Source: Nitrospinae bacterium CG11_big_fil_rev_8_21_14_0_20_45_15
GTDB taxonomy: Bacteria > Nitrospinota > Nitrospinia > Nitrospinales > VA-1
Length of the DNA stretch: 64,000 nucleotides
Direction: 5' to 3'
Assembly (NCBI GenBank): GCA_002787235.1
Contig: PCWG01000035.1
Coordinates: 31,009-95,008, forward strand
The notes under the pieces were generated by a model. That model saw only the letters and a list, made by a program, of their open reading frames with translations. It was not told the origin of the DNA and did not search any database. Position 1 is the first letter of the stretch; each line of letters starts with the position of its first letter. Positions 1-9,836 of the stretch are shown piece by piece. Both the position numbers and the translations under genes were made by a program.

Positions 1-124
1 GACGGGATTGCCTATTATCAATTTTCGAGTTTCTTACTGCGTCAACATTATCTGGGAAAAGATTTTTGATTCTCATTGCAAAAAATATTGAGCGTTCAAT
101 GAAAGCCCGCAACCAGTCACGACC

Positions 125-1297
125 ATGAAACAAGATACCTTCTACGATCTTTTCAAACGTTTGCTGATATGGGCAATGATCCTTGTCCTTGGAACCTGGA
201 CGTTTGATCACTGGGAAGAAATCAATTACAAAATTTTTGGGCGACCGGGAGCCGCTGATCTCGATTTTAATAAAGTCGAAAATTTACCGCGACCTGCGCC
301 GCTCATTTCAAATGACGAGCTAATCACCACTCGGGTCTTTGAGCAAGCACACTCTGCGGTCGTCAATATCACCTCAACCACTTTGACCATCGATTCCTGG
401 CGCAGGGTCATGCCCCAGCAGGGCCAGGGCACGGGCGTCGTCATTGACAAGGAAGGGTATATCCTGACCAACCACCATGTGGTCGATGGTGCGAACAAAG
501 TGGTTGTCACGCTGGAAGGTGGAAAAAGAATCCCCGCCGCACTGATCGGGACCGCTCCATCAGTCGATCTCGCGGTTCTCAAAATCCCAGGCAGATATGT
601 CGAAAATGTTGCACGCCTCGGCGATTCGGCCTCAATACGTGTCGGACAAAAAGCCATCGCTATAGGCAACCCCTTCGGCCTTTCGCACACACTCACTTCA
701 GGCATTGTCAGTGCCATCAATCGCCAATTGCAAAATGGGGATGGCAGTGTGCTGGAAAATTTAATTCAAACAGACGCCGCAATCAACCCGGGAAATTCTG
801 GTGGACCGCTTCTGAATTCCAGCGGAGAAGTGATCGGCATCAACACGGCGATCTTCAGTCTTTCTGGAGGCTATCAGGGAATCGGCTTCGCGATCCCAAT
901 CAACCGCGCCCGCGAGGTAGCCTCCCAATTGATCACATCGGGCCGGTTCGCCCAGCCATGGTTGGGTGTTTCTGGATTGGCGATGACCAAAGACCTTGCT
1001 GAAATGATTGGAGAAACCACAGAAACAGGAATACTGGTCGTTGAAGTGGTTTCAGGAAGCCCCGCCGATCTGGGAGGAGTGCGTGGCGGACAAAAGGAAT
1101 TGATCATCGGCAACATACGCCTCGCAGTCGGAGGCGATATCGTGTTGACTCTGGATCACAAAAAAGTCGAATCCATGGAAGATTTGACCCGAGAGATAGG
1201 GAAAAGAAAAATCGGAGAGACTGTACAACTTCAGATACTTCGCAATGGACGTCCCCTCGTGCTTGAAATCACACTACAAGAAAACCCAAAGCACTAA
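125..1297 (+). CDS. HtrA/DegP-like serine protease with N-terminal membrane anchor and one PDZ domain
   Basis: TNHHVV (His), VDLAVL (Asp), QTDAAINPGNSGGPL (Ser) trypsin motifs; C-terminal PDZ (WLGV...GSPA...GDIV). Confidence 0.93.
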   Translation: MKQDTFYDLFKRLLIWAMILVLGTWTFDHWEEINYKIFGRPGAADLDFNKVENLPRPAPLISNDELITTRVFEQAHSAVVNITSTTLTIDSWRRVMPQQGQGTGVVIDKEGYILTNHHVVDGANKVVVTLEGGKRIPAALIGTAPSVDLAVLKIPGRYVENVARLGDSASIRVGQKAIAIGNPFGLSHTLTSGIVSAINRQLQNGDGSVLENLIQTDAAINPGNSGGPLLNSSGEVIGINTAIFSLSGGYQGIGFAIPINRAREVASQLITSGRFAQPWLGVSGLAMTKDLAEMIGETTETGILVVEVVSGSPADLGGVRGGQKELIIGNIRLAVGGDIVLTLDHKKVESMEDLTREIGKRKIGETVQLQILRNGRPLVLEITLQENPKH

Positions 1298-1342
1298 CGA
1301 TAAAAATATCACACAGCCCCAGTGTTGTTCTTTAGAAAGGAG

Positions 1343-2722
1343 CTATCGATCATCGCCCATTTCCTTGAGTGCCTTTTCGTTCTCAGGATCTATTTGCAAA
1401 ATAATTGAAAGTTGCTGTTTTACTTTTTCGGACGCGCCCTGTTTTTTATAAATCTCATAGAGTTTCCAATGCAGGGAAAGAAAATCCACGCCGAGTGCCA
1501 CCGCACGATTGAACGAATTCTCTGAGGACTCCCACTTCTTCAAATCAAAATAAGAATTCCCTAAATTAAAATACGCCATTTCGAATTCAGGATCGACCTT
1601 CACCGCCCTTTGCAAATAAGACAACGCCTTCTCAGGCTCACCCAACTTGTTTAAAGTCGCGCCAAGATTGGACAGGGCCTGTACAAAATTTGGAAACTGT
1701 TTGACCGCTTTGTCGAAAAGGTCTTTGGCTTCTGCAATTTTTCCGGCTCTAAAATAAAAACTTCCCAGATTGGTCAAAGCTTCTGCAAATCGCGGATTTA
1801 ATTCCAAAACTTTTTTATAATTCGCAATCGCCTTATCTGTATCCCCCAAGTCCCTGTATGCCGTAGCGAGATCGTTGTAGGCAGGAACCCAGTCTGGTTT
1901 TTGTGCAATGACTTTGTTGAAGGATTCAATGGCTTCTTCAGGCTCGCCTTTTTCATAAAGGTAGAAATTGCCACGAAAATAATCTGCTTCTGGAAATTGC
2001 AAATCCTGTTCGACGAACGTAGCCAGAGAAATATCCTTTTTTTCGTTCAAGAAGGGTTTGATCTCATCAATCGGCAGAGCAAGATTGAGGGAACGACCGT
2101 CAATCGTAGCGATACCCACCACGCGATTGTCTTTGTCCAGTAAAGGCCCCCCGCTGAATCCTGAATCAAAGTCGGCGGTTGTATAGATGTAAGAAAAATC
2201 TGGATTCGCCTGCGGCAACACACCCACAATAAATCCATACGTTTGGAAAAGGCGTCCCGATGTATTTCCTTTATCACTGATGACCCTTTGAGTGGGATAG
2301 CCCAATGCCTGCGTGAACTGAAACACCTCAAGTCCTGCAGAATTTCCCAATTCCAAAGTAGAATAAAAATCCTCTTGAAGTTTTAAAATCGCAAAATCCT
2401 TGACTCGATCGACTTTGATCACCCTTTCGACACGTGCACTTCTCCCATCTGGGAAAACAGCATCAATACGAGCCGCATCAACCAGAACATGGTAGTTGGT
2501 AACCAAAATACCGGAAGGATCCACAACAAATCCCGTGCCCGTACTCAAATCGTTTCCATTCTTATCTTTTGCGAGAAGAAGAGTCACCGCCCCTTTATTA
2601 ACTTCAATCGCCCATGCCGTGGGATAAAGAAAGGTTACCTGAAGCGCAAAGCCAAGAAGGAAAAAATAAAGGATCTGCTTAAAGCGACTAAAATTCATTG
2701 TCATTGACCGTGAAAGGAACAT
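1343..2722 (-). CDS. Exported trypsin-like serine protease with C-terminal TPR repeats
   Basis: GTGFVV, TNYHV, KDFAIL, DSGFSGGPL; several 34-aa TPRs (AYNDLA.AY..LG, ALTNLG, ALSNLG, AYFNLG); hydrophobic N-terminus; start may be slightly downstream. Confidence 0.85.
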   Translation of the reverse strand: MFLSRSMTMNFSRFKQILYFFLLGFALQVTFLYPTAWAIEVNKGAVTLLLAKDKNGNDLSTGTGFVVDPSGILVTNYHVLVDAARIDAVFPDGRSARVERVIKVDRVKDFAILKLQEDFYSTLELGNSAGLEVFQFTQALGYPTQRVISDKGNTSGRLFQTYGFIVGVLPQANPDFSYIYTTADFDSGFSGGPLLDKDNRVVGIATIDGRSLNLALPIDEIKPFLNEKKDISLATFVEQDLQFPEADYFRGNFYLYEKGEPEEAIESFNKVIAQKPDWVPAYNDLATAYRDLGDTDKAIANYKKVLELNPRFAEALTNLGSFYFRAGKIAEAKDLFDKAVKQFPNFVQALSNLGATLNKLGEPEKALSYLQRAVKVDPEFEMAYFNLGNSYFDLKKWESSENSFNRAVALGVDFLSLHWKLYEIYKKQGASEKVKQQLSIILQIDPENEKALKEMGDDR

Positions 2723-2861
2723 GTTTCCAGTGAGTTCGTTTTAGAAATTCCCCAAATACCAGCTTTCTCCATTATTTACACGGAGGCCAGCCTAACGTAA
2801 TTGTAAGTTCGCCATCCTCTGAAAACAATCTTTTTTCTGGGGACAGGCATTCTAAAATGCG

Positions 2862-2895
2862 AAAAAAAAACCGCCTCCGAAAATCTCGGAGGCGG
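2862..2895 (-). terminator. Intrinsic terminator of the DUF4399 gene
   Basis: CCGCCTCCGA-AAATC-TCGGAGGCGG perfect 10-bp stem followed by U9 on the minus strand, just past the stop at 2917. Confidence 0.85.
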
Positions 2896-2916
2896 CCGGA
2901 CTGTTCTAAAAATTAT

Positions 2917-3324
2917 TTACTTAACTTCGATCGAGATAGAATCCGTGATCGCTGGATCATAAGGAACATGATTTCCCATTGCGAACAAAGCCTTGATCGT
3001 GTGATGACCATGAGAAAGAGTCAGCTCTTTACATGTTGAACCATCGCCCATATGAATATGGTGATCGTCCTTGCCAATCGGCTTGGACAGATCATGAGGA
3101 ACATCGGTATCGACTAACAAATGATGATGTCCTTTGCCTTTATGAACGCCCTCTTTTGCAGGTTGCACTTCCACGCCATGTGTTTCCATACATACTTTCA
3201 CAGGGCTGGAAACCGTGCTACCGTCCTTCGGTTCAACAATTTTCACGCTATCCATTGCAAATGCAACAGAACTTCCAATACTGAATACAGAAACCAATGC
3301 AACCGCCGCTACTAACCTTTTCAT
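2917..3324 (-). CDS. DUF4399 family His-rich exported protein
   Basis: Signal peptide (AFA); P.DG.TV.SPV, GHHHLLVD, HIHMGDG, L..G.HT, GNHVP motifs. Confidence 0.85.
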   Translation of the reverse strand: MKRLVAAVALVSVFSIGSSVAFAMDSVKIVEPKDGSTVSSPVKVCMETHGVEVQPAKEGVHKGKGHHHLLVDTDVPHDLSKPIGKDDHHIHMGDGSTCKELTLSHGHHTIKALFAMGNHVPYDPAITDSISIEVK

Positions 3325-3714
3325 TCAAAAACTCCTTTTTTTTTATAAAAAATTTAAAATTGTCGAGTACTAAACCTAACGAGGCTTTGCCTAAAACCTC
3401 TTGGCTAACTATAGATTAACAGAAGAATATCAAGGACTGTTATAATTTTTTAACGAAAAATAACACTTCCCTTTCCACTTTTTAGCAATAACAAATTTCT
3501 TATAAGTAGGCAAATCCAATTTTCAAAAAAGTAGAATTTTCTTTCCATTAACGCTTCAAAAATGGTTAAATACCTCCTATAGGTTATTTTTCAGAAAAAT
3601 TTATGGGGTGCTTTGAAAGCCGTATTTTGACATGGTTTCATAGTCGCAAGTTTAAGTTGAACAACTTTCCATAATTTCCATAAACGATGTGCTTTTAGAT
3701 TTTGGAGGATTTTG

Positions 3715-4611
3715 ATGGCTGTTACGGGTGAATGCAGGTTACTTCATACTTGCGAAATGTGTGAATTTAACAACGATACCGATTGCAAAGCAGACAAGAA
3801 TGAACACAACCGCTGGCTCGTCAACAAGCGAATGGGCGACATTAAATTCAAGTTGATCATCGGCAGTAACAAAGGTGGCGTGGGCAAAAGTACCGTGACC
3901 ACCAACCTGGCAATCGCTCTCGCTGAAAAAGGTTTCAAAGTGGGGCTTGCCGATGCCGACTTGCACGGCCCCAATATTCCCAAACTATTGAACATTGAAT
4001 CTGTTCGTTTACGTTCTACAGATGAAGGCATTGATCCTTATGAAACTAAAAATGGATTGAAAGTTGCCTCATTGGGTTTTTTGATTGAAGATCCTAATAT
4101 GCATATCGCCTGGCGCGATGCTGTAAAGTATGATTTCATCATTGAACTGCTCGGCAATATCAATTGGGGTCCCTTGGATTATCTTCTTTTCGACTTGCCA
4201 CCTGGTACCGGAAATGAGCAAATCACGATCATAGATTTCATTGGCGATGTTGATGGTTGCGTGGTCGTAACCACACCGCAAGATCTTGCGGTACTCGATG
4301 CCAGAAAGATGATTTCATTTGCCAGAGACAGCAACGTGCCCATTGTCGGTGTTATAGAAAATATGAGCACAATGACGTGTCCACACTGTCATGAAGATGT
4401 GGATGTCTTCAAAAAAGGCGGTGGAAAAAGACTCGCAGAAGAACTCGCTCTCCCCTATCTGGGAAGCATACCACTCGACGTCGATATCACGATTCGTTCT
4501 GATAGCGGAGACCCTGTTACGATTTCAAAACCAGATTCTCCGTCTGCACAAGCATTTTTCAAGCTGGCTGAAAACTGCCACAAGTTTTTGAATCCTGAAG
4601 AATCCCTTTAA
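3715..4611 (+). CDS. mrp: Mrp/NBP35 (ApbC) Fe-S cluster carrier ATPase
   Basis: KGGVGKST deviant Walker A, DADLHGPN, DLPPGTG, VTTPQ, ENMS..CPHC; ATG at 3715 after GGAGG. Confidence 0.93.
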   Translation: MAVTGECRLLHTCEMCEFNNDTDCKADKNEHNRWLVNKRMGDIKFKLIIGSNKGGVGKSTVTTNLAIALAEKGFKVGLADADLHGPNIPKLLNIESVRLRSTDEGIDPYETKNGLKVASLGFLIEDPNMHIAWRDAVKYDFIIELLGNINWGPLDYLLFDLPPGTGNEQITIIDFIGDVDGCVVVTTPQDLAVLDARKMISFARDSNVPIVGVIENMSTMTCPHCHEDVDVFKKGGGKRLAEELALPYLGSIPLDVDITIRSDSGDPVTISKPDSPSAQAFFKLAENCHKFLNPEESL

Positions 4612-4623
4612 AATACAGGTACA

Positions 4624-4671
4624 TTTAAAGCTTTAGCCTGTCAATAGAACCCGACAGGCTAAAGCTTTAAA
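4624..4671 (+). terminator. 19-bp perfect inverted repeat after mrp (probable terminator)
   Basis: TTTAAAGCTTTAGCCTGTC - 10-nt loop - GACAGGCTAAAGCTTTAAA. Confidence 0.6.
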
Positions 4672-4826
4672 AATTTTTATAGATAAGTTTTGACCCAACA
4701 ATCCATTTGCTCTTTATCTTTTTGTTAGAGATAATATGAATGAGTGGTGTCAAGTTAACTCCTACCGGAAAGTTTTCTCAGTCGCTTGTCGCCCGAAAAA
4801 TTTCTGACTTCCACACACAAATACCC

Positions 4827-5888
4827 ATGAGAATATCTACTATCATTCTTTTGCTCATTCTCCTTGGCATATCAGTCGGCTCTGCCAATGCCGATATTCC
4901 CGCCAATGAAAAGTTTCAGAACAATCCTGTCATCGCTATTGTGGATGGGAAAGTACTGAAGATGGATGACATCAAGTCTGCCCAAATGCACGATGCAATG
5001 GAACAGTTGTATCGGATGCAGATACAGGCTCTGAAAAGAAAAGCTCTGGAACAGCTTGCAGTAGCCCATCCAGAATTGACAAAAGAGGCTCCCGCAAAAG
5101 TGACCGAAGAAGATATTGAGACCTTTTATAAAACTGCAATGAACCCGGAGTCCGGTGATTTTGAAACGATAAAAGACGATATTCGAAAATATCTGATCAA
5201 TGTCAGTCGACTGAACTTTATTGAGCAACAATACCAGACCGCTGTGGATAAAGGTTGGGTCACTGCATTCCTTTCTCCCCCCACCGATTTTCATCTGTCG
5301 GCCGAAGTGGGTGACGGAGATTTCTTTTTTAATGAAAATGATGGTGCGGATAGAAAAATTTTTCTGCTTGAGTTTTCCGACTTTCAATGCCCATTTTGTC
5401 AACGTGTCCAATCAACTTTAGCTGACCTTCGCAAACGATACGGCCATGAAGTCCAGTTTGGCTATCGCCACTTTCCACTTCCGTTTCACAAGGAAGCGGT
5501 TTCTTTGGCGGAAGCTTCCGAATGCGCCCGCGATCAAGGAAAATTTTGGGAATTGCAGGCCTTGTTTTATGACAGGACGTCGCAAGCATCCGATTTGAAT
5601 CGCGTGATAGGATTGGCAAAAACCGTTGGTATAAAGCGTATCAACGAATTCAAGCAATGCTGGATGAGTGGCAAATACAAAGCGCGCGTCGAAAATGACA
5701 TTCGAGATGGTCGTGCTATTGGCATTCAGGGAACACCTACCTTTATTCTTGGTCTCTACGATAAAGACCAGAAAATCGTAACAGGAGAAATGTTTTCAGG
5801 AGCCGTTCCCGAGGAACGCTTTTCAATGTCCATCGAAAAATTTCTCAAACAAATACGTAGCGAAGACAAAACAAAATCAGAACGGTGA
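4827..5888 (+). CDS. DsbA-family thiol-disulfide oxidoreductase with SurA-like N-terminal helical region
   Basis: EFSDFQCPFC active site, YRHFPLPFH, GTPTF cis-Pro loop; signal peptide starts at ATG 4827 (ORF track extends to 4740). Confidence 0.85.
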   Translation: MRISTIILLLILLGISVGSANADIPANEKFQNNPVIAIVDGKVLKMDDIKSAQMHDAMEQLYRMQIQALKRKALEQLAVAHPELTKEAPAKVTEEDIETFYKTAMNPESGDFETIKDDIRKYLINVSRLNFIEQQYQTAVDKGWVTAFLSPPTDFHLSAEVGDGDFFFNENDGADRKIFLLEFSDFQCPFCQRVQSTLADLRKRYGHEVQFGYRHFPLPFHKEAVSLAEASECARDQGKFWELQALFYDRTSQASDLNRVIGLAKTVGIKRINEFKQCWMSGKYKARVENDIRDGRAIGIQGTPTFILGLYDKDQKIVTGEMFSGAVPEERFSMSIEKFLKQIRSEDKTKSER

Positions 5889-5891
5889 TTT

Positions 5892-6437
5892 TTGATGTCT
5901 ATAAAAACAGCTTTTCTGGTGATTGTATTTTTTTTACAAACGGTTCCCCTGCAAGCTTTTCAAACATTTTCGGAATTTCCACAGGAACCCTCTGACCCAT
6001 ACCATTTATCCGCGAATATCGTAGTCGAACCCAAAGCCGTTCGTCCCGGCGATTCATTTGAGTTGCGAGTTTGGCTCGACCTCGATGAGGGCTGGCATAT
6101 ATACTCGATGAAAGCATCGTCAGAGAGTGAAGATTACCCCACACAGATCACTCTCGACAATTCGCTCTTTTTAGGTCAAGGCCAATGGAAAGAACCCAAA
6201 CCCGAAATAATATTTGACGGGGCACTGGGGAAAATGGTCAAAACACATAAAAATGTGATCGAATTCAGGCGGTTTTATTGGGCCCCCCGCGACTTGAAAG
6301 AAAAATTTTACAATCTATCTGGCTCTATCATATACCGAGCCTGCGACAATAGAATTTGTACCCTGCCCAGAAAACTGACATTTTCTGCGCCTTTGGAAAT
6401 ATTAAATCCCACAATGAAACTGGAGAGGCCCGAATAG
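5892..6437 (+). CDS. Standalone DsbD N-terminal (Ig-like) domain protein
   Basis: GWHIY motif and YRACDNRICTLP (Cx4C); signal peptide; follows DsbA. Confidence 0.8.
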   Translation: MMSIKTAFLVIVFFLQTVPLQAFQTFSEFPQEPSDPYHLSANIVVEPKAVRPGDSFELRVWLDLDEGWHIYSMKASSESEDYPTQITLDNSLFLGQGQWKEPKPEIIFDGALGKMVKTHKNVIEFRRFYWAPRDLKEKFYNLSGSIIYRACDNRICTLPRKLTFSAPLEILNPTMKLERPE

Positions 6438-6469
6438 CCAAACTCCCACACACTGCCCCCTTTTGACTC

Positions 6470-7744
6470 ATGAAGTCATTTAAAGATCGGCTCCCCACTA
6501 AACTCATTTCGCTATTTCATACTCTGGCTGAAGTTGCAAACGCTCAGGGTATCGAAGCCTATCTGGTGGGAGGCTTTGTTCGCGACTTGGTCCTTGAAAA
6601 AGAAAATGAGGACATTGACGTCGTCGTTTCAAATTCGGGTGACACATTTTCCAAGGCTGTCGCCCTGCATTTCAAATCACAGGTGGATAAACGTTCGCAA
6701 TTTGGGACCTATTCCATCTGCCTTGCTGATGAAGGCATTCAGCTCGATATTGCCACCGCAAGGAGCGAAAGCTATGCCTCACCCTCTGCTCTGCCCGACG
6801 TTGTGCCCGGAGATTTAAAAGCCGATCTGTTCCGAAGAGATTTCACTATCAACAGTCTGGCCCTCGGTCTCAACGCTTCCTCCGCTTTTACGCTGATTGA
6901 TTATTTTGGAGGTTATGAAGACTTGAGCAATGGCATCATCCGCGCGCATCACGAAAATAGTTTTATCGACGATCCGTGCCGAATTTTTCGCGCACTGCGA
7001 TTTGAAACACGATTCAATTTTCGATTGGAAACAAAAACCCAGGCCTGGCTAAAAAATTCAATCGCTCAAAAAATTCCCGATCTGCTGAGCGGTCACCGTC
7101 TCTGGAATGAAATCCAGCGGACCTTGCAGGAAAATGACCTTTATGCAAATATCAATATTTTGCATGAATATTCCTTGTTGCCACTACTCAACACAAAGAT
7201 TGAAAGCCTCTTGCAAAAGCCCGATTTCCTGAAAAATATTGTTCGCCAACTCGCATGGGTTCAAGAGAGAGACTCTGAAGCCCACATTGAAAGATGGATC
7301 GTACATTGCCTGGCCTTGGTGACACCTTTGACTGATGAAGAAATCGAAGAGCTGGCCCAAAAATGTCAATGGAGCAATTTCCTCAAAGATAAAATTCTTT
7401 GCGGTCACTCTGCCATCCAGACTGCTCTGCCCGAATTGATGAACGAGTGTGAAAAAAGCCCGAATAAAATTTTCGAGCTGTTCCATCTCCTTTCACCCGA
7501 AGCTCTGGTCGTGGCACTGGCTCAATCTGATACGCCAAAAGCTAATCATGCCACTGAATTGTATTTAAACAAAATCAGGCAGGCCGGGCGCATCGAACTG
7601 AATGGGGACGATTTGATTCGACTCGGCATTTCCCCCGGCCCCATGTTCAAAAATATTTTCTCAGCACTGCGGCGGGCAAGACTGGATGAACAAATCACCA
7701 GTCGGGCAGAAGAGGAATCTTTCGTCAAAAAGAATTTCATTTAA
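6470..7744 (+). CDS. Class II tRNA nucleotidyltransferase (CCA/A-adding type)
   Basis: LVGGFVRD..DID, ATARSESY, DLFRRDFTINSLA, DDPCRIFRALRF. Confidence 0.9.
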   Translation: MKSFKDRLPTKLISLFHTLAEVANAQGIEAYLVGGFVRDLVLEKENEDIDVVVSNSGDTFSKAVALHFKSQVDKRSQFGTYSICLADEGIQLDIATARSESYASPSALPDVVPGDLKADLFRRDFTINSLALGLNASSAFTLIDYFGGYEDLSNGIIRAHHENSFIDDPCRIFRALRFETRFNFRLETKTQAWLKNSIAQKIPDLLSGHRLWNEIQRTLQENDLYANINILHEYSLLPLLNTKIESLLQKPDFLKNIVRQLAWVQERDSEAHIERWIVHCLALVTPLTDEEIEELAQKCQWSNFLKDKILCGHSAIQTALPELMNECEKSPNKIFELFHLLSPEALVVALAQSDTPKANHATELYLNKIRQAGRIELNGDDLIRLGISPGPMFKNIFSALRRARLDEQITSRAEEESFVKKNFI

Positions 7745-7798
7745 AAATGCGTTAAAGATTCGTCCTTAAACCCATCTCAAATCAAGGACACAAAAACC

Positions 7799-9145
7799 AT
7801 GACGCAACTTTCAGAAAAAATACATAACCGCCTGGACGCCTGGTTTCTGCTCAAAGAAAATAAAACCAATGCGTGGGTCGAGTTGCGCGCCGGACTCACA
7901 ACCTTTATCACTGCATCCTATATAATCTTTGTCCAGCCCACAGTATTAGCCCAGGCAGGAATGGATTTTGGTGCCGTGATGACGGCCACATGTCTCGCAT
8001 CTGCCTTCGCCTGTATCCTCATGGGCACCCTCGCCAACTATCCCATCGCTCTGGCACCGGGCATGGGGATCAACTTTTATTTCACCTACACGGTCGTGAT
8101 TGGGACGGGTCTGCCCTGGCAAACTGCCCTGGGAGCTGTTTTCCTTGCCGGGTTAATTCTGGTGGCTCTCACCCTCTGCAAAGTTCGCGAATTCATCATC
8201 AATATTATCCCGGCTTCAATGAAAAGTGGAATTGCCGCCGGCATTGGTTTGTTCATCACCTTCATAGGACTCGTTCAAGGCGGATTGGTAACATCGCATT
8301 CCGGGGCACTCTTGCAGATGGGTGACCCGCATTCCCTTCCCGCCGTATTTACATTTTTCGGAATCATTTTGATAGGAGGTCTCCTCTTCCGCAAAGTTCC
8401 GGGAGCCTTGCTCATAGGATTGCTGGTTCTATCTGCGATAGGCATTCCCCTGGGGTTGATCTCCTACAAGGGTTTGATTTCGGCCCCCCCCAGTCTGGCT
8501 CCCAGTTTTTTGCAAATGGATGTCGCTGGTGCAATGACAATGGAAGTCTTGACCATTGTGACTGTTTTTGTATTTGTGAATATTTTTGACACTGCGGGAA
8601 CTCTCGTCGCCGTCGGACGACAAGCGGGACTGTTGGAAAATGGCAAACTTCCCCGCCTCAATCGCGCCCTGTTACCCGATGGACTGGCAACGACATTGGG
8701 GGCGACGCTGGGTATCTCTACGGTCACCTGCTACATCGAAAGCTCGGCGGGAGTCGCCGAAGGGGGACGTACAGGTCTGACCAGCATCACCGTTGGTATA
8801 TTATTTTTACTGTCTATTTTCTTTTTTCCACTGGCTGAAATGATCGGTGGCGGATACAAACACGGCGAAATCACCCTCTATCCCATCACCGCTCCCGTAT
8901 TAGTGGTCGTCGGATGCCTCATGACCTCGCAAACCCTTCATATTGACTGGAGTCGGTGGGACACTTCTCTGCCATCGTTTCTGATCCTGTGCGGGATACC
9001 TTTAACTCACAACATCGCCGATGGAATGGCCTTTGGCTTCATCGCCTATCCGCTCATCAAACTTGTGGGCAAACAAGGCGGCGAGGTTCATTGGGGACTC
9101 TACCTCATAGCGGCCCTGTTTCTCTTGCGCTATGGATTCATGTAA
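7799..9145 (+). CDS. NCS2/AzgA-family purine (adenine/guanine/hypoxanthine) permease
   Basis: ELRAGLTTF, ANYPIALAPGMG, FDTAGTL, YIESSAGVAEGGRTGLT; polytopic membrane protein. Confidence 0.92.
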   Translation: MTQLSEKIHNRLDAWFLLKENKTNAWVELRAGLTTFITASYIIFVQPTVLAQAGMDFGAVMTATCLASAFACILMGTLANYPIALAPGMGINFYFTYTVVIGTGLPWQTALGAVFLAGLILVALTLCKVREFIINIIPASMKSGIAAGIGLFITFIGLVQGGLVTSHSGALLQMGDPHSLPAVFTFFGIILIGGLLFRKVPGALLIGLLVLSAIGIPLGLISYKGLISAPPSLAPSFLQMDVAGAMTMEVLTIVTVFVFVNIFDTAGTLVAVGRQAGLLENGKLPRLNRALLPDGLATTLGATLGISTVTCYIESSAGVAEGGRTGLTSITVGILFLLSIFFFPLAEMIGGGYKHGEITLYPITAPVLVVVGCLMTSQTLHIDWSRWDTSLPSFLILCGIPLTHNIADGMAFGFIAYPLIKLVGKQGGEVHWGLYLIAALFLLRYGFM

Positions 9146-9239
9146 ACACGCGTCAATAAGCTCTTTTAAAAACCAGATTGTGATATACTTAGCTCTTCTC
9201 ATAAAGCACAACAAGACTATCCATTTACTGGAGTGATTC

Positions 9240-9836
9240 GTGGCCAGCGTCGAATATTTGATCAAACAGTTTCTAACACCCGATAAAAAAATTCTTAATT
9301 TGAGTAATCAAAAGTTGGGCGATAAAGGAGCGATTGCTATCGCTAATTCTAAGGTTTTGAGTAAACTCAAACGCTTGAGTTTGCCCAATAACAGTATCAG
9401 CGATGAAGGAATACTGGCTATTGCCGAGTCCGAATATTTCAAAAACCTCACCGAACTCGACATCTACGGAAACTTGATTGGAGACGACGGCGTCAAAGCC
9501 ATTGCCGCATCCCCATATTTTAAAAAGCTGAACAAACTGTCCCTGTACAGCAATCTCGTTGAAGATGACGGTGCCATCGCTATTGCAGAATCAACCACTT
9601 TGATAAAATTAAAACATCTCTTTTTGACAGGCAACCGGATAAGGCGAGAAGGCGTCGAAGCACTTCGAGCGGCAAAATGCCGATCCCGATTGTGTCATCT
9701 TCATCTGGATGAAATTGAAGATTTCATTTACGAAGATGATATCGATGACGATGATGACGAGATCGCCATCACAAGCCTTGAGGATCTGAAAAGAATCAAA
9801 GAAAAAATGGCTGAAAGAAAAATTAAAAATGCCTGA
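9240..9836 (+). CDS. Leucine-rich repeat protein (RI/GALA-like) with acidic C-terminal tract
   Basis: About five 27-aa repeats L..L.L..N.I.D.G..AIA.S; EDDIDDDDDE tract. Confidence 0.8.
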   Translation: MASVEYLIKQFLTPDKKILNLSNQKLGDKGAIAIANSKVLSKLKRLSLPNNSISDEGILAIAESEYFKNLTELDIYGNLIGDDGVKAIAASPYFKKLNKLSLYSNLVEDDGAIAIAESTTLIKLKHLFLTGNRIRREGVEALRAAKCRSRLCHLHLDEIEDFIYEDDIDDDDDEIAITSLEDLKRIKEKMAERKIKNA

